NCBI GenBank assembly: GCA_964188305.1
Contig: OZ076889.1
DNA from: Podarcis bocagei
Lineage: Eukaryota
DNA length: 64,000 nucleotides
Reading direction: 5' to 3' (one strand)
The first letter of the stretch is position 1, and every line of letters starts with the position of its first letter. The notes beneath the pieces are model-generated. The model saw nothing but the letters and a program-made list of their open reading frames with translations. It was not told where the DNA came from and did no database searches. The position numbers were made by a program, and so were the translations under genes. This document shows, in pieces, positions 1-11,830 of the stretch.

Positions 1-499
1 AAACATTATTTTCTTAAAGTCAGTGTGTCATATGGGAGCATATGGCTGGCTGGCTTCCCAGGACCACAGGCAGGAACTCAAGCATTTCTGTGGCAGCTTC
101 CCAATTTTGTGCTGGAGCTGAAGCAAACAGTTGAAGAACCATTCCCAGGATCTATTTTACATGCTTCCCCCAGTAAATGTATTGGATTCTCATGAAAAGT
201 GACTGTTCCCCTACCTCCGAGTAGAGCTATTCCACTCCACTTCCCAAGAAAGCAGTCTCCCAATTAGTAGTGGGTTGTTGTTTCTTCACATATACTAAGC
301 TGGTATCAGCAAGCTGCTTCTGAAATGCTCATTTTGACATGGTTCCCAACTTGTCATTGTGTTCCTCCACTGAGATAACTACCCAAGAACTCAGCAGAAG
401 TGAAGGAATGTTTTCAGAACTGGAGATTAAAACTGACATTTCACTACAGAGGGAGTGGGGCAATTAAAGCACCAGACTTATGAAGAGTGCTACCCCCTG

Positions 500-862
500 C
501 TGTGGAGATGAGATCGCTGTCTTCAAACATCTAAAAGGTTGCCATGCAGAGAGTGGAACAGACTTATTCTCTGTTGCTCCAGAGGGCAGGACCAGAGCCA
601 ATGGGTGGAAATTGCAGCGAAGCAGATCTTGCATAAAAATGAGGAGAAACACCCTAACAGTAAGAACTGTTCTACAACGGAACAGACTGCCTCAAGAAGT
701 GGGCGGCTGGGGAGGGGGGCGGCTGGCTATCTTTTGCTAGAGGAATTTGAGCAGGGCCTGGATCTCTCATGGATGCTGTAATTGCATCCTGCATTATAGA
801 TGTTACATTGAGGCAACAGGTTGGACTCGATGACCTAAGGTCTCGTCTGACTTTGTGATTCA
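500..862 (+). mobile_element. CR1 LINE 3' fragment (ORF2 C-terminus and 3' UTR)
   Basis: Translates to GDEIAVFKHLKGCHAESGTDLFSVAPEGRTRANGWKLQ...RNRLP, the typical CR1 ORF2 C-terminus. Ends in GGTTGGACTCGATGACCT...TGTGATTC like a CR1 tail. Confidence 0.85.
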
Positions 863-1421
863 CATGTGCATAGCATCAAATTGTCTCATGGGGAGGGACA
901 TACTTTAAACATAAAACCCTACAAATGTTAAAACGGTACCTTCATGCCACCACATCTTTTGTCAGCCAAAGCCAACCTTTTTTAAAAAAATAGTTTTACA
1001 TTGCCTTTGGGCTATGTTCATGTAAGGGGAAGGATATTCCACAGCTGAGAGATAGACATGGAGAATACCTCCTTGTCTCCTTGCAGTTCTTACCTGGCAT
1101 ATGTATGGTAAATTTAGTCTATCTTAGAAAGTGTGATGGACCATAATTAGAGCCAGGCTCAGGTATAGATGTTGAATCAAAGGTGTAATATGTGCCAGCA
1201 GCTCCAACAGAGCTATTCAGATCAAAGAACAAACCATAGCTTGTCTGAAGTGATTCAGTGCTTGATGAAGTCTGCAGCCACCACACTTTGGACAACATTT
1301 GAGCTTGACCAAACATTGATTGCTGAAGAGAATCAAGAAAACATTATTATTTTTGATTCTCATCACTCAGTGACTGCAGAAGTCATCAAACCACCCTGAG
1401 ATCTACAGATGGAGGATGATC

Positions 1422-1456
1422 TACTACTATTACTATTATTACTACTACTACTACTA
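1422..1456. repeat. (CTA/TTA)n microsatellite, probably the tail of a 5'-truncated L2-like element
   Basis: ctactactattactattattactactactactact, preceded by ccaccctgagatctacagatggaggatg, which resembles an L2 3' stem-loop. Confidence 0.6.
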
Positions 1457-1708
1457 AGTACTGGAAAAAAGAGCAACTATGTTTGCAGAACCATAGTTTG
1501 TCTCCCAGCCCTAGGGTATTATTATTTTATGTCTTTTCATAAGAGAAAATTAATGCCCATGTAGAAAAAGTGTCCCTTTGGTAATATATAAAGGGTTGCC
1601 TGAGTGTCATTTTTGCAACAGGTACATGCATGTCTGTCATGACTGACCAGCCCATGAATCCACCTTCTCTATACATTACAAAATCCACACCTTTTCCTGT
1701 ATTGTGCG

Positions 1709-1835
1709 ATGGCCACCCAGATGTTCTTGGACTCCAGCTGCCCTCATTCCTGACCCTTGGCCATGCTGGCTAGGGCTGATGGGAGCTGGGACTGACAAGA
1801 GGTGAATCTGGAGGATCACAGGCTTCCCACCCCTG
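1709..1835. mobile_element. Palindromic ~130-bp hAT(Charlie)-like MITE copy
   Basis: ccagatgttcttggactccagct...gctgatgggagctggg...atctggagg...cccacccctg. Same family as copies at 4558, 20035, 28637, 41312, 49478 and 50830. Confidence 0.7.
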
Positions 1836-2568
1836 CTACATGGAAATTGATTTTTCATATATGGAAAAGTAATATGGGAAGAAGCCATAGATCGCATATT
1901 TATGTAATATTGGCTGTTACAGCAAGAGTACTGTGCATTGAGCTTTTCCTAGGCATTGAAACAATCAAGCTCAGCACCATGCACCACTGGTCTAATAACA
2001 GCGTTGTAGGCACTCTGCCCTCCACAGTTCCCATCAAACCACCAAACATTCCTTTGGGGTAAAATTAAATTGGCAGTAACCAAGTGCTTAATTAGCATGC
2101 AGTAGTAATTCTGTTTGTAAACACCAAAGCCAAAGGAATGAAGTTTGAGGCAGCCGTGGAAGGTGGAATTGTTTAATGAGATGAAACGCATAAAAAGGAC
2201 TGAGGGAGAGGAAAATCTGTCAGTAATATAACCAACACTGGGGCTAATATGTCTGCATCTGTGCCTATATGAGGAGCACAAAAAGTGGGAGCTTTGGCCA
2301 GGCAGTGTCCCCTCAACAAACAGGGCTGTTGTATGCTGGTGGCAGGATGCCCCACTAACTGGATGCTGCCTTCAATCCCAGCTTCAGCTTCCTGACCAGA
2401 CCTCAGGGCAGTTTCCCATAGAGTGCATTGCAGTAAGCTAATGTTGAGGTTACTGCTGCATAGACCCCTGTGTGTCCAAGCTTTTCCTGTCCAGGAATGG
2501 TTGTCGCTGGCGTCCCAGCCAAAGGTGAGAAAAGGCACACAAGCAGTGATGATGGATCAATGATGATT

Positions 2569-2800
2569 GTTGTTGTTGTTTAGTAGTTTAGTCGTGTCCG
2601 ACTCTTCATGACCCCATGGACCAGAGCACGCCAGGCACTCCTGTCTTCCACTGCCTCCCGCAGTTTGGTCAAACTCATGCTGGTAGCTTCGAGAACACTG
2701 TCTAACCATCTCGTCCTCTGTCGTCCCCTTCTCTTAGTGCCCTCAATCTTTCCCAACATCAGGGTCTTTTCCAGGGAGTCTTCTCTTCTCATGAGGTGGC
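2569..2800 (-). mobile_element. RTE-BovB LINE, 5'-truncated 3' end with (CAA)n tail and 11-bp TSD
   Basis: Minus strand reads GHLMRREDSLEKTLMLGKIEGTKRRGRQRTRWLDSVLEATSMSLTKLREAVEDRSAWRALVHGVMKSRTRLN, the BovB ORF C-terminus. Flanked by CAATGATGATT at 2558-2568 and 2801-2811. Confidence 0.95.
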
Positions 2801-4557
2801 CAATGATGATTACCTCCAAGCTATATACCTGATCCTAAGGGAAAACAGTCCTTTCCAGAGCAGCCAACTGATCTATCACTCAGAACCACAAACAGCTCAC
2901 CCGCTGCTGGGCCCCATTCTTGCCAGGATTCAGTCTCAGTTTATTGGTCCTCGTTCCACCCAGCGCTATATACACCAAGGTGTTTGTATGAAATTGCACA
3001 GCCTCACCTGATTCAGATGTTATGGAGAAATAGAGGGAAATGGGGGAGAGTCATTTTGTTTGATTAAATATAGATCTTAAGCACCCTTCTGAGCACTTGC
3101 TTTTTCACGTGCTGAGAGACGCTGCTGTGGTGTGGTCCTGATTTAGGGTGATTCGGGAGGAAATGATGCTTTCATGACCACCGAAGGACAATGGTGAAGA
3201 AGAACATCACCTCCCTCCCTCCATCTGCCCATATTGCAGTTTAGCGAGCATTAATTGCCTTATGATGGGAAGAACGAGAGCACGCTGGACAGTAATAGTC
3301 TAATCCCTGAAAACCGACAAAACAAGGTCCTGTTGAGATGGAGAAGCGTGTGACGTCAAGGAGAGGCTTAAAATATACTCCCGGGTTGAGGGAAGAAATC
3401 ACATGACAGTTGTGAAACATGAGCTGCCCTTTTGAAGCACAAACCTAGGCAAAAGATTAAAGGGTGTGAGGGCAGGAGAGTAAAATTGCAGCTACTAAAA
3501 CATTGTTTCTTTTCCATCCTTTTCTGAAGGCTCTGGCAGCATCCAGGGAGCCAGAACAGAATTATTTCATTCAGTCTACAGCCTTTTTGTACAAATGGCT
3601 GGCTAACCAGTTCCCCATCTGCTTTGCTTAACTGCCCCAGCTAGGCAGCCAATGAAATAAAAGCCGGGAGCAGTTCCTGGAAAGGGATAGCATGGAAGGG
3701 ACCAGCTGCTGCTTCATGTTTGACTGCCCCCTATTAGTTGTTGCAGCTGGTTGGTGAATGGAGCTCAGAACTGCATCCTTCAGCTTGCTTGCTTATTTGC
3801 AATTAACTATGGACTGTTTGCCTCAGCTTGCTTATTGGCTTGACATTAAATCTATCCCTTCGTTTAGCTGAAGGCTTATATATTTTGTGAATTTTAGCCA
3901 GAATCATTAGAATTAGCGCTGTGTAAAAACAAACAAAAAAAAGCCTCCCAGTGTTTTTCAGTTATTCTCCATCAATAAATAAAGAATGATTTTCTCCTAG
4001 GTGGGGTGCTGGGTTTTTGCTGCACTTAACTTACTTTTGAGGTGGCTGGAGGGTATTTCTGTGAGTGTTGTTTTTTCATTCTCCAAATCATCTCCCTGGT
4101 GGTCTGCACTCTGCAACCTTCCCAAGTGCCCCTGCATATGGTTTTGAGGAACTGCAGGATGGGAAGACAACAGGACATCCAGGGGTTGTTCTATAATGGA
4201 AGAGGACATTAATTCATGTCCTCCCCACCCCAAAGCCACTTGTAAGTAAATGCAATCTCTTCTAAACCTAGAAGTTCCTAGAATTTCACCCTGAGATAAA
4301 AGGCATATGATAAACCACCCTCTTTCACAAGAGGTAATGATTATCTGGAAATTTAAAGGCAGGACTTGGCACAGGGCTAGTGAAAATGGGATCATCATAT
4401 TCAAAAGCTGTGAGCCTGTAGTTGATGTGATGGTGTCTACCTCTCTCATTTGAACATAAGAGACATACTTCCTCTGACAGTGGAAGTCGTGTGTGTGTGT
4501 CTTTGGACTTGTGTTTGTTGGGGTTCTGGGCAAGATGAGCTTTTGCTCTGACCCAGC

Positions 4558-4695
4558 CAGGGGTGGGGAACCCAGTGGCTTCCAGATGTTGCTGGACTAG
4601 GGCTCCCATCATCCCTTCTTATTGACCAGGCTGTGTGAGAAAGGTGGGTGCTGGAATCCAAGAACATCTGGAGGGCCACTAGATTCTAATCCCTG
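4558..4695. mobile_element. Palindromic hAT(Charlie)-like MITE copy
   Basis: caggggtggggaaccc...ccagatgttgctggact...acatctggagggccac...ccctg; internal inverted arms. Confidence 0.7.
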
Positions 4696-6789
4696 AGCAA
4701 GGCAGTGCCACATTTGCATGCAAGTTGCCATGCTAAAATCTGCCCTGATAATGTAGGGCTTGTTCCCGCAGTCACATTCTGTGTGATGTAGTTTCTTCAG
4801 CAGCAGTAATGTGCCTCTGCAATGAACTTTGGGAAGCTGAACTAGTCCTGTGAATGCTTTGATGCTTGTTGCAGAATCTGCTCCCTACTTATGTCATGAA
4901 AAGTATTGTGGAAAGTAAGTCAGACCATGCATGATGTGATGAATTGCGACCAGGATACACACTGGAACATTCACTGGATACACTTTAATCTGCCAGGAAA
5001 GTTAACGTAGTTTTGGCTTTCCTGTGCTTATTTGCAATTAACTGAGTGAGCCCCCAGACAAGACTCTACAGAAATCCAGGACATTCAAAGGTGGGGGCAA
5101 TTTACTTCCGGGGAAAAAGACAGAGGCTCTTTTCTCTAGTCTAGGGAATAGTTCTTCCTAGTTTGTCCATAGGGTAAACCCAACCTTATTGCATTTTTCA
5201 TTCAGCTAAAATTAGAACAGAGCACAGTACTAATTAGAAGTGTAGTCAATGCAGAGTAACATTACACGATTGTTTTCTACATCTTTCTGAGCTTAGTGCT
5301 TCTCAAATAAATCGGCACTTGCTATTCCCGTAATGGCATCATGATGACTCATGTTCAGAGTGTAACTCTCTGTACCACCCCAGTTGCAAGTGTAAAGTGA
5401 TTCCTCATTTTGCCTTTATGTAGCAGCAAATTATTTCTCATTTTGTATGTCGGCATACCAGTGTTGCACTGCATGCATGTACACTAGCCTCAGGAGGCAT
5501 TCCCCTTGCCTCTAGAAACCTCAGAGAGAAACACCTGAAACCTGAAGAAAATAATCTCTATCAACTCTCGCTGACATTTTATAAGGCATCCTCAGTATCT
5601 CTAAAAGACAAAATAACATGATGGTGAAGATTCCAAAGGGGACGCTATTTCCTTGCTTCCAATCTCCTCCTCTCTGTACCATTGAAAAGGGGCTTTGGTC
5701 CAGAGCAGGGAGGCATAACATTTCATTCCTAGCGTGTTAATGTCTAGCGCACTGGGGCATCCACTTACAATATTGCTTCTTCAGAAAGCACTAGCAGTGT
5801 CTGCTGCTGGGACAGCCATCTAAATGGGTTACTGACCTGACAAGGTGGGCTACTTCCTGGTCTTAAAGATGGCAGATGAAGCCTGAAAAGGCGCAATTTA
5901 GAGAAAACTCAGTCAGTCACGATGTCTGCATCGTAACCAAAGAAACTGTGCTTGCTGAGCATTTCCCTGCTGCATACAACTCTCAAAGGGCTCATGGGAT
6001 GAGGAGACGGCAGCTTCAGCTCTGACCCAGTCTTGTTACTATTAAAACACTACCTCTTTCCTAATGCTTCCTAAAACATCAGCCTGCAAAATTCTCTCTT
6101 GTCAGCATCCATACTTGCCAAGATCAGTCTTTATCTCCTTGTGTTTTGACTTTCCTTCCCACAAAGACCCAAATGTTGATTTTTCCAAATTATTCTCCCC
6201 CCCCCTCATCCTACCTTCCCCCTCCATCAGCTATGAATGAATGGCTGGTGGTCATGTGATTCTATCACCATGGAGACACATGACAGCTGTAAGATGTAAG
6301 AATCAGGATCATAGGAGGGCGGCTGCATAACCAGCAAGTTATTTATAGGTTGCTGTTTGTGAATTTATGGAATCACATCTGTCTTTGAGCATCATGTTTC
6401 ATATTCACGCTGATTCCAGTGGGGCAGGGCATTATTCTTTACAAGCGTGCATTATACAAATCCCCCAAGTCTATGAATTAATGCAGAGAAGGAAGGGTTC
6501 TAGGTAGCTTATACAATCTCTGAGCAAGCTTAGATCAGGCTGGTTTAAAATTCACATTAATTTTTTCATCATGAGATCCTCTCACAAACTTACTCAGACT
6601 TCTCAATACATAGGTCAAACCACATCTTTGAACATAAGCTGCTGATGGCTGCTCCATGAACACATGACGGAAAAGCCATACAGCAACCTATGATCATTAA
6701 ACAAAGAGGTTTCTTTTTGTTTTTTCCATGCAAATAGGAAGCAGGAGCCAGCGCCTGTTGGCAGCACAAGGCGAGATGTGGGATCACCC

Positions 6790-7217
6790 ATTACAGAGTT
6801 GAATCTGCCAATTTTGGGTTGCTCGGTTTCTCATTTTTCCAATTCAGTTCACCACATTTCTGCAGCAATCTTTGGGGGGGGGGGAAGCGTCATGAAAATT
6901 ATTCAGTATTTTAATGCAAATTTATCCTAATAAACACATTTTTGAATGCAATTTTAGCTGATGTACACATTTTTGCAAACATTCTTTCCGAATATGATGC
7001 ATATTTGTTTGCTATTTTCACCAATATATTCTTTTTATGCACACTTTAACCTCATATTTGATTTTTTGCAAACACTGGTTGGTTGGTAATTGCATCACAA
7101 AATTTGGATGAGTGCAAATTTCAAAGTTTAGTTCTGTTTTGTTTCTTGCCTTGTTTTGGAAAGTGAGAATCTGATGTATTCACCTCTAAATGTGAACTGA
7201 ATTCTCCCCCATCCGTA
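6790..7217 (+). mobile_element. Old AT-rich non-autonomous DNA transposon (TAGGGATG/CATCCCTA-ended family)
   Basis: Ends in aaatgtgaactgaattctcccccatccgta, homologous to the end of the copy at 39971-40777 (aaatgcagactaaaccaaattcttctccatcccta). Shares the aaaatttgga..agtg motif. Confidence 0.55.
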
Positions 7218-8547
7218 ACTATAGGTACCCATTTCTGCCCCCTTTCTTAGAAGGTGAACATAATCTATTCAGCCCAACCTTAAACATTTTGTTATCCCCT
7301 AGGTAAAATATGAATAATGTGATCCAGCTGGCAGAAAGTTGTATCTGGAGGACTTAGAAGTATCCATAAGCTTTCTTTGGCAGAGCAAATAACAGTTTGA
7401 GGTGGGGACTGCTTATAGCAGAAAAATGATGGGAGAGAGTAAGGGGGAAAGAGTTAACCCATTGCTGGTTATTGCTGCTTTAACTTACCACCCATGGGGA
7501 AAGATGAGTGGAGGTGTCCAGATATTATTTTCTTAATTTTTGCTTTGCCAGTTCCATGCTTGCACAGCAGAGAGATGCAGACTGAACTCTTCTCTGGAGG
7601 CTGGACCAGCTTAGGATCCAGTGGATCCTTGCCAGCCCTGTCCTGCCCCCATTCTACCCTATTCAGGGTTTAGATCATCAGTAGCTTGTGCCATCAGTGG
7701 GCACAGTAGCAGCTTTTGTGGAAGCAGATCCTCACCACCAGCAGCAGCAGCAGTGCCACAGCCGAGAGTAACACCTGGCTCCCTCCTACAGTGCATATCT
7801 AGGACTAGGATTGCTCTGCTCAGTAGGACATGAGAAACAATAGGAAAGATGGCTTCTCTTTTTAATGCTGTGGTAGCCTTTCTTCATTAAATTGTCAGTG
7901 CAGAATCACAAATTTGTTAAACATCTAAATGAGCTAGGTTCTGCACAATGGATAAATAAGGTAATAGGCCTGCTGGAACGTATTTTAGTGGGGTCCTTTT
8001 TCTTATAAAATAATCCGTTTCCACCAAAAAGAGAGAGAGAAAAGACTTCCACCAAACAGAATGAACCTCTTGTCACACCTAAGGCTGTCCAGCTCTTGAG
8101 GAGTTTCTTTGCCCTAACTCAGACTCCTGCCTTCCACACTGCTTTAGAAAAAATATAAACAAGAAGAGAACATTTGATTTATGTCTCCAAAGACACAGAA
8201 CTTGACAGTATTTTGTGAGATGTCTCAAGGGACATAACCCACTGTCTTAAGCACACAGGGAAAATTCTGATAAATTGCCATTTAAAAAACCAAGGAAGCC
8301 AAATGTCAAAATATAAATAACTTTATTGCACAGGCAGGGTGGAGGTAAAAGAAGGGAAAAGGAAAGATAACAACCATCTATAGATACCCAGGCCAGCAGA
8401 TAAAATGGATAAAGAAAATCTAACTGAGTCACTAATGTGCTATGTGCTTGGATGAAGTCTTTACCCACAGGCAGTTTTTCTTTTTAAATACCTGCACCAT
8501 CAAGAAAGACACCCATATTGAGGTTATTGCAATATGGGTGCAAATGC

Positions 8548-9010
8548 ATTTATATTTAATATTTATTTGTTTATTAAACTTATATCCTGCCCTTCCACCC
8601 AAAGGAAGGAGCCCAGGGCAGCAACCAACAACTGATATAACAATAAAAACGTCCTTACATTATTCCAGTAGAGATGTAGACAAGGAAAGATCTTGACTTA
8701 AAGGCTTGTTGGAAGTAGGTGCTGAAAAGACAACAGAGATGGCACCTGTCTAATACTTACAGGAAGGGAATTCTAAAGGATAGCACTAAGACGCAATTGT
8801 GAGAAGCAGACCCTCCTGATAATGTGGCATCTGCAGGAGGACTTCAGCTGCACAGCAGTGATTGGTTGGGTATATAAGGGGTGAGGTGATCTTTCACATA
8901 TCCTGGTCCCAAGCTGCAAAGGCTTTATACACCAAAACCAGCAGCTGGAACTTGGCCCAGTAGCTTCACATGTTGGCAATATCCTGCCCCAGTGAGCAGT
9001 TGAGCTGAGC
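8548..9010 (-). mobile_element. L2 LINE 3' fragment, degraded
   Basis: tttatttgtttatt tail, tatcctgcccttcc...gagcccagggcagc stem-loop, and aaaggctttatacaccaaaaccagc...aacttggcccag matching the QFKVLVLxYKAL region on the minus strand. Confidence 0.7.
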
Positions 9011-10679
9011 TTTTATGCTCCTTGACCAGCCAGGAGCTCGTGCAGGAGGTTGCAAGATTGAATGCACCCTCTCACCAAGCTCTGCATCAGGCAGGGAGGG
9101 GGCACTTGCCCCAGTCCTTGCAGCGCTTACCAACTGCCTCATCAAAAGACAGCAACCCAGGGGAGTAAGCAAAGTGCTCAGGAACTCGCTTCCTTCTCCA
9201 GGCTTCTGGTGCTGCAGTTTTTAATAGATTACAAAACAGATGAAATAAAGTTATTTCATTGACTGCCCTCATATTGTTATGTACAGAACAACACTGAGGG
9301 TGTTTAAATTATAATAACAGCAACTTCGTACATTAGTGAAGTTAGCGTGTTATTAGATGCACAAAAATGGCACCTATGCAGCAGAATCATCTGCCATGGC
9401 TGGCCTTGGGCTAATCACTTGTCTCTTAGCTTCAGTGTTCCTTGACTGAAAAAATCAGGTGTTCTTTGTTTGCCTTTGACCCGTTTTCGGGGTTGGTGTT
9501 AGAAATAGTAGTAGATTTGTACTTATACATGCAGGCTATCTCGTGGCTCATGGGGCTCAGCAGGCAGTTGACTCCACTCTCCATGTACACTATTACTGTG
9601 CATCTGGCTGAAGTTAAGTGGACCTTAGGGTGTTGGTGAACAAGGAAGTTTAACCCACAAGCTTATAGTCTGCCTTTGTTGATTGGTGCATGAAACTGGC
9701 AGCATATTAGCAGAATATTTGCCTTATGGACAAGCTCTGCTGTCATTTGCAGAGCAGTTTGGAATCAGAGCTGCCACCTTTTTATGTCAAAAGTGCCATT
9801 CCCCTGGAACCTGGGGATGGTGGTGGATCAGATAGAACCAATACAGAATCTGGCAGACTGGGGGGCGATGCCAGAGTGAGACTTGGTGTTTTATTGCTGG
9901 GTGGGTCATGGTAGAATTTGGTCAACCATGAGTGGTTAATTACGTTGATTGCTGCTGAACTTGGCCTCTCCCTCTCTGCCCTTCGGCAGTGAGCAGACCT
10001 CCATTCTGGGGGGGGGGGGGAGTAAAGATTGCACCACCATGCAGCAGAACCAATTGCCACAGCTGGCTTTCCCTCCCTGCTCTTGGTCACTGAAGACCTC
10101 CAGTCCTGGGGGGAAATGATTAAGAAGCTCACAGTTGGACAACCGACCATCAGTTGCCAGTAATGGGAGGGGGGGAGTGAGATGGGATGGAGGGCAATGG
10201 GTGGGGACACTCATGACCAGATGAAAATAGACTTTGAGTGGAGGATATGCCACCCGAGCAATGTGTAAGAGTGGCTAGGAATGTGATTACATTGCATCAT
10301 TTTATGCAATGTGCTTAGTGGATCCTTCAGAATAATACTGCCATTCTGCCAAAGGCGCTTTACCATTTAAAACACCAAAACAAGGACAAGCGGCCTCAGG
10401 GCATTGGTGCCACTTCAGGAGCTGATGATGGCACTAGTTCCTTGGTTTGGGCTTCTTCCTTTCTGCTTTCCTCTCGGAGCACACAACTTTTTAGACAGAT
10501 CCCTGTCTGTGTGGTGAGGATGCCCTGGCTGGATCTTTTCAAGTGTGTGGCCTTTAGACTGCTCCCGAGCTTGAGCTCTCTGAGCTGGGAAGTTCCTGAT
10601 TCTTCAGACCCAAACTCTGGGCCCTTGATAATACTGCCTTGCCTATAAGCGTTGGAACTCTTCTGATCTTCCAGGTGAC

Positions 10680-11830
10680 AGCACGTCCATCCACACCACA
10701 GGCTGCTCGCGATTGCGGACACTTTCCCGCAGTGCCCAAGCGGCTCGCCCGAGGCATGCCGGGAAAAGCGCGCCTTTCACCGAAGCATCAGGTGTTGGTT
10801 GGCCCTGCCGGGGAGGGTCCGCGGAGCAGCAGCAGCGTCTAACCCCGCTCGGGCCCCCATGCCACCGCTCTGGGGCGCCGGGTGTGTGTGCGGGAGAGGC
10901 GGCTGGCTGCTCCCCCGCGACCCCCTCCCGCCGCCGGATCCCCAAAGGGCAGCGAGCCCAGCCCGTTGCCAGCCGAAGCCCCGCGCTTTCCCACTGACGC
11001 GCGTCGGCGAGTGACTCAAGCCTACGTCACGCGCGCCCGGCCAAAAGACGCTCTCCTTGCCTGGGGAAAGGCGAGCCGCGCCAAGGTGCTCTCGCGGCGA
11101 CGGCGACGACGCAGCCTGCTCCGTGGGCTCTGGACGGCGGCGAGCCGACGGACCTGAGAGAGCCGCAGGAAGAGCGAGCCTTCGGGGAGGAGGAGGAGAA
11201 GCGGCAGCAGCAGCAGCAGCAGCGGAGCAACTGGGCGAAGAGCGGCCCGAGCGCAGCGCGGCCACCTGGGGAAGCCGAGGCGCGCGTCAGGTCAGGGCGC
11301 GCGGCTTTGCCTTCTTCCCATTGCCCAGCCGCCAGAGCACTTTCCCCGGCGAGTTGTCACAGGTCCGCCCAGCCCAGCGCAGCCGCCTTCCGTCCTGCGT
11401 CCCGCAGGAGTTCCTCGACGGCGCGCCGACGGGGCGGACATCCCGCTGGTAAGGAAGGTAAGGAAGAGTGAGCCCTTTGGGGGCAGGTGCGGCGCCTCCT
11501 CGCGCCTTCTCCTTCGTCTTCCCTCTGTTTCTTCCCGGTACGCAGGTAGGATCTGCTTGTTTCCATCGCTTTACCAAAAGGACACGGGGGGGGGGGGAGG
11601 AAACTCCCGGTTGCTAGGCGAGGATGGAAAAAGGATCTCACCTAGCAACTGGGGAGGAGGAAGGCAGGTGGACCAAGGGTGGAGAAAAGGGAAAAGGGAG
11701 CAAGGCGAGGAGGCGCGTCACCTGAAGCCTAAAAATAGCCAGCGATGCGGAACGGAAGGAGGCACGTTTGGGCGAGATAGATGGGGGGGGGGGGAGAGAC
11801 GAGCAAATCGCCCTTTGCTGAAGCCCGGAG
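10680..11830 (+). promoter_or_regulatory. SLC6A17: CpG island, probable SLC6A17 promoter
   Basis: Abrupt GC- and CpG-rich block about 11 kb upstream of the first coding exon. Contains TGACG (10995), AP-1 TGACTCA (11012-11018) and CRE-like TACGTCA (11023-11029). Confidence 0.85.
11050..11457 (+). other. SLC6A17: Probable non-coding exon 1 of SLC6A17 (start approximate)
   Basis: Lies within the CpG island, has no ATG, and includes (CAG)6 at 11205-11222. Candidate donors are CTG|GTAAGG (11449) and AAG|GTAAGG (11458), with CAG|GTCAGG (11291) as an alternative. Exon 2 starts with a splice acceptor, so an upstream exon is required. Confidence 0.55.

Noticed and set aside
1169-1399. 76-aa ORF with protein-like composition
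   Set aside because: Non-ATG start, no recognisable homology or splice context; cannot be supported without a database search.
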